Shown here: one piece after another, positions 61,021 to 64,000 of the stretch
Position numbering within the stretch: position 1 is the first letter of the stretch
Layout of the letters: each line of letters starts with the position of its first letter
Assembly: GCF_019243155.1 (NCBI RefSeq)
Contig: NZ_JAFAUS010000375.1
Location: 1,023 to 65,022 of the forward strand
Direction of reading: 5' to 3'
Length of the DNA stretch: 64,000 bases
From: Mycobacterium sp.
Lineage (GTDB): Bacteria; Actinomycetota; Actinomycetes; Mycobacteriales; Mycobacteriaceae
Program-made: the position numbers and the translations under genes
Notes under the pieces: generated by a model
What the model saw: the letters and a program-made list of their open reading frames with translations, nothing else
Told to the model about the DNA's origin: nothing
Databases searched by the model: none

Positions 61021-61691
61021 AACTGCTGGCGCAGCTCCGGGACCGGTCGAGCACGCGGGCGATGCAGGACCGTCTGGTGTGGCAGGCGGCATCGCTGCTG
61101 CTGGCCTACCCGGACGACGGCCTGGCCGAGCGGCTCGACGTGGTCGACGAGCTGGTCGGCCACATCGGCGGAACCGCCGCGCAGCTGCTGCACCAGACGG
61201 CCGCGGCGCTGCGTGGCCGCGACCTGATGGGCGCCGCAATGGATTACGTCGCGACCTTCGACATGCGGCGGCGCGCCACGATGTATCTGACGTACTGGAC
61301 CGCCGGAGACACGCGTAACCGCGGCCGGGAAATGCTGGGGTTCGCGACGGCCTACCGCGAGGCGGGCGTGCAGCCGCCGCGCGCCGAGGCGCCGGACCAC
61401 CTGCCCGTCGTGCTCGAATTCGCCGCCACCGTCGACCCCGAGGTCGGACGGCGCCTGCTCAGCGAGCACCGGGTCCCGATCGACGTGTTGCGTAACGCGC
61501 TGGCCGACGCCCGGTCGCCGTACGAGCCGACCATCGCGGCGGTCTGCGAAACGCTGCCCGCCGCAACCGATCAGGAGGTGCGTCGCGCGGAACGTTTGGA
61601 GAAGGCCGGTCCACCCGCGGAAGCCGTTGGGCTGCAACCATTTACACTAACCGTCCCGCCACGCCGCGAGAAAGGAGCGTCCGATGTTTAG
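61017..61691 (+). CDS. narJ: Nitrate reductase molybdenum cofactor assembly chaperone
   Basis: LLAYPD, YVATFD, GDTRNRG and EAPDHLPVVLEF; ATGA overlap with narH. Confidence 0.95.
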   Translation: MKLLAQLRDRSSTRAMQDRLVWQAASLLLAYPDDGLAERLDVVDELVGHIGGTAAQLLHQTAAALRGRDLMGAAMDYVATFDMRRRATMYLTYWTAGDTRNRGREMLGFATAYREAGVQPPRAEAPDHLPVVLEFAATVDPEVGRRLLSEHRVPIDVLRNALADARSPYEPTIAAVCETLPAATDQEVRRAERLEKAGPPAEAVGLQPFTLTVPPRREKGASDV

Positions 61692-62415
61692 CAACGTCTT
61701 GTTCTGGGACATCGCGCCGTACATCACGCTGACGGTCCTGATCGTCGGAACCTGGTGGCGTTACCGCTACGACAAATTCGGCTGGACGTCGCGTTCCTCG
61801 CAGATCTACGAGTCGCGGCTGCTGCGGGTCGCCAGCCCCATCTTCCATTTCGGGATTCTGGCGGTCTTCGCCGGACACGTGATGGGGCTGTTCATCCCGC
61901 CGAGTGTGACGCACATGCTGAAAATGAGCGACCACCTCTACCACCTGCAGGCGGTCGCCGCCGGGTCGCTGGCGGGGATCGCGACGTTGATCGGCATCGG
62001 GTTGCTGATCTACCGGCGGTTCACCCGCCCGGCGGTGGCCATGGCCACCACCCGCAGCGACAAGGTGATGTATGTGGTCCTGGTGCTCGCGATCGTGGTG
62101 GGGCTGTACTGCGACCTGATCGGTACCGGCCCGCATGGCGGGGAGTTCCACTACCGCTACACCGTCGGCGTGTGGTTCCGGCGGATCTGGCTGTTCCAGC
62201 CGCACGGCGAGGTGATGATCCACGCGCCGCTGGACTACCAGCTGCATGCCCTGATCGGGATGGTGCTGTTCACGCTGTGGCCGTTCACGCGACTGGTGCA
62301 TGTGTTCAGCGCGCCGGTCGTCTACCTGTTCAGGCCCTACATCGTCTACCGCAGCCGCGAGGTGGCCGCCAAGGGCGAATTGGTCGGCACCGCACCGCGC
62401 CGCAGGGGCTGGTGA
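61684..62415 (+). CDS. narI: Nitrate reductase gamma subunit
   Basis: RYDKFGWTSRSSQ, FHFGIL and WPFTRLVH. Confidence 0.96.
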   Translation: MFSNVLFWDIAPYITLTVLIVGTWWRYRYDKFGWTSRSSQIYESRLLRVASPIFHFGILAVFAGHVMGLFIPPSVTHMLKMSDHLYHLQAVAAGSLAGIATLIGIGLLIYRRFTRPAVAMATTRSDKVMYVVLVLAIVVGLYCDLIGTGPHGGEFHYRYTVGVWFRRIWLFQPHGEVMIHAPLDYQLHALIGMVLFTLWPFTRLVHVFSAPVVYLFRPYIVYRSREVAAKGELVGTAPRRRGW

Positions 62416-62595
62416 GGCGGGCCCGGAGACCTGCCGGTTAAGCGGGTCGCCGCCCGTCGATGTGCAACCTTGGCTTTGAGTGTGTGGTGAGGGCGGCGAC
62501 ACGCCGGGCGGGGTCGCCGTGGTTGCACGGTCGACGCCGTGATTGGGCACCGCACCGCGCCGCAGGGGCTGGTGAGGCGGCCCCGGAGACCTGCC
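62386..62595. repeat. 50-bp direct repeat (62386-62435 and 62546-62595) flanking a 110-bp segment with an inverted repeat
   Basis: 49/50 identical; internal arms GTCGATGTGCAACC...GGTTGCACGGTCGAC. Confidence 0.9.
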
Positions 62596-62634
62596 AGTTC
62601 GCTATCCAGCGCCCCCACTGCCACAATCTCCGAC

Positions 62635-64000
62635 GTGTCATTCCGCAACGTCGCCATCGTCGCCCACGTCGACCACGGCAAAACCACCCTGGTCGACGCC
62701 ATGCTGCGGCAATCAGGTGCGCTGCACCACCGAGGCGACGACACCCAGGAACGCATCATGGACAGCGGTGACCTGGAGAAGGAAAAAGGCATCACCATCC
62801 TGGCCAAGAACACCGCCGTGCACCGGCACAACCCGGACGGCACCGTGACGGTGATCAACGTCATCGACACCCCGGGGCACGCCGACTTCGGCGGCGAGGT
62901 GGAGCGCGGGCTCTCGATGGTGGACGGGGTGCTGCTGCTGGTCGACGCCTCCGAGGGGCCGCTGCCGCAGACGCGGTTCGTGCTGCGCAAGGCCCTGGCC
63001 GCCCACCTTCCGGTGATCCTCGTCGTCAACAAGACCGACCGGCCCGACGCGCGCATCGCCGAAGTGGTGGACGCCAGCCACGACCTCTTGCTCGACGTCG
63101 CATCGGACCTCGACGACGAAGCGGCCGCGGCCGCCGAGCACGCGCTGGGCCTGCCGACGCTGTACGCCTCCGGGCGCGCGGGCATCGCGAGCACCGAGCA
63201 GCCTGCGAACGGCGAGGTGCCCGCCGGCGACAACCTCGACCCGCTGTTCGACGTGTTGATGGAGCACATCCCGCCGCCGTCCGGGGACCCCGAGGCGCCA
63301 CTGCAGGCGTTGGTGACCAACCTCGACGCGTCGGCCTTCCTCGGCCGGCTCGCCCTGATCCGCATCTACAACGGCAAGCTGCGCAAGGGCCAGCAGGTGG
63401 CCTGGATGCGCGAGGTCGACGGCGTGCCCGTCATCACCAGCGCCAAGATCACCGAGCTGCTTGCGACCGAGGGCGTGGAGCGCAGCGCCACCGACGAAGC
63501 GGGCGCCGGCGACATCGTGGCGATTGCCGGCATTCCCGAGATCATGATCGGCGACACGCTGGCCGATCCCGACCACGCCCACGCGCTGCCGCGCATCACC
63601 GTCGACGAGCCGGCGATCTCGGTGACCATCGGCACCAACACCTCGCCGCTGGCGGGCAAGGTGTCCGGTCACAAACTGACCGCGCGCATGGTCCGCAGCC
63701 GGCTGGACACCGAGCTGGTCGGCAACGTGTCGATCCGGGTGATCGACATCGGCCGGCCCGACGCCTGGGAGGTGCAGGGCCGCGGCGAGCTGGCCCTGGC
63801 CGTGCTGGTCGAGCAGATGCGCCGCGAGGGCTTCGAGCTCACCGTCGGCAAGCCGCAGGTGGTGACCAAGACGATCGACGGCAAGCTGCATGAGCCGTTC
63901 GAGGCGATGACGATCGACTGCCCCGAGGAATTCGTCGGCGCGATCACCCAGTTGATGGCCGGTCGCAAGGGCCGCATGGAGGAGATGGCCAACCACGCGG
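62635..64000 (+). CDS. typA: Translational GTPase TypA/BipA (partial, runs off the window)
   Basis: [46 protein letters not shown] and VQGRGEL; read manually from GTG 62635. Confidence 0.96.
   Translation, partial: MSFRNVAIVAHVDHGKTTLVDAMLRQSGALHHRGDDTQERIMDSGDLEKEKGITILAKNTAVHRHNPDGTVTVINVIDTPGHADFGGEVERGLSMVDGVLLLVDASEGPLPQTRFVLRKALAAHLPVILVVNKTDRPDARIAEVVDASHDLLLDVASDLDDEAAAAAEHALGLPTLYASGRAGIASTEQPANGEVPAGDNLDPLFDVLMEHIPPPSGDPEAPLQALVTNLDASAFLGRLALIRIYNGKLRKGQQVAWMREVDGVPVITSAKITELLATEGVERSATDEAGAGDIVAIAGIPEIMIGDTLADPDHAHALPRITVDEPAISVTIGTNTSPLAGKVSGHKLTARMVRSRLDTELVGNVSIRVIDIGRPDAWEVQGRGELALAVLVEQMRREGFELTVGKPQVVTKTIDGKLHEPFEAMTIDCPEEFVGAITQLMAGRKGRMEEMANHA

Noticed and set aside
62426-62435. 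GAGACCTGCC resembling the 3' end of a cobalamin riboswitch (also at about 62586)
   Set aside because: No upstream AGGGAA-CCGGTG-AATCC core; it is part of the narI-end duplication.

Overview
High-GC DNA from a slow-growing non-tuberculous Mycobacterium (inferred). The backbone follows, from memory, the M. tuberculosis H37Rv Rv1127c-Rv1165 gene order: ppdK, a 13E12/DUF222 gene, DUF3556, metE with a cobalamin riboswitch, then mcr, mmpL13, cobB, pimE, mutT2, narGHJI and typA. Between metE and the thiolase/enoyl-CoA hydratase genes is a ~21 kb accessory block (about 10.7-31.4 kb). It encodes a tandem double-TetR regulator, a heteromeric-type acyl-CoA dehydrogenase pair, SDRs, a SnoaL-like protein, a NorD/CbbO-like VWA protein with a NorQ/CbbQ-like AAA+ ATPase (no NO reductase or RuBisCO client in the window), a solute-binding-fold protein without a signal peptide, an AveC-like membrane protein, two P450s, an aldehyde dehydrogenase and lipid acyltransferases. 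Eight copies of a 16-bp near-palindrome (approx. GAACAAAT-ATTTGGTC) lie at the promoters of this block, most overlapping SigA-type -35/-10 elements, which defines a candidate regulon. Other points: a type III PKS-methyltransferase-oxidoreductase cluster, a 13E12 gene with an SOS box and an internal HNH deletion, unannotated small ORFs, a possible non-canonical pimE start, a palindromic bidirectional leaderless promoter, and a 50-bp duplication of the narI 3' end. All family calls come from motif recognition only; no searches were run.
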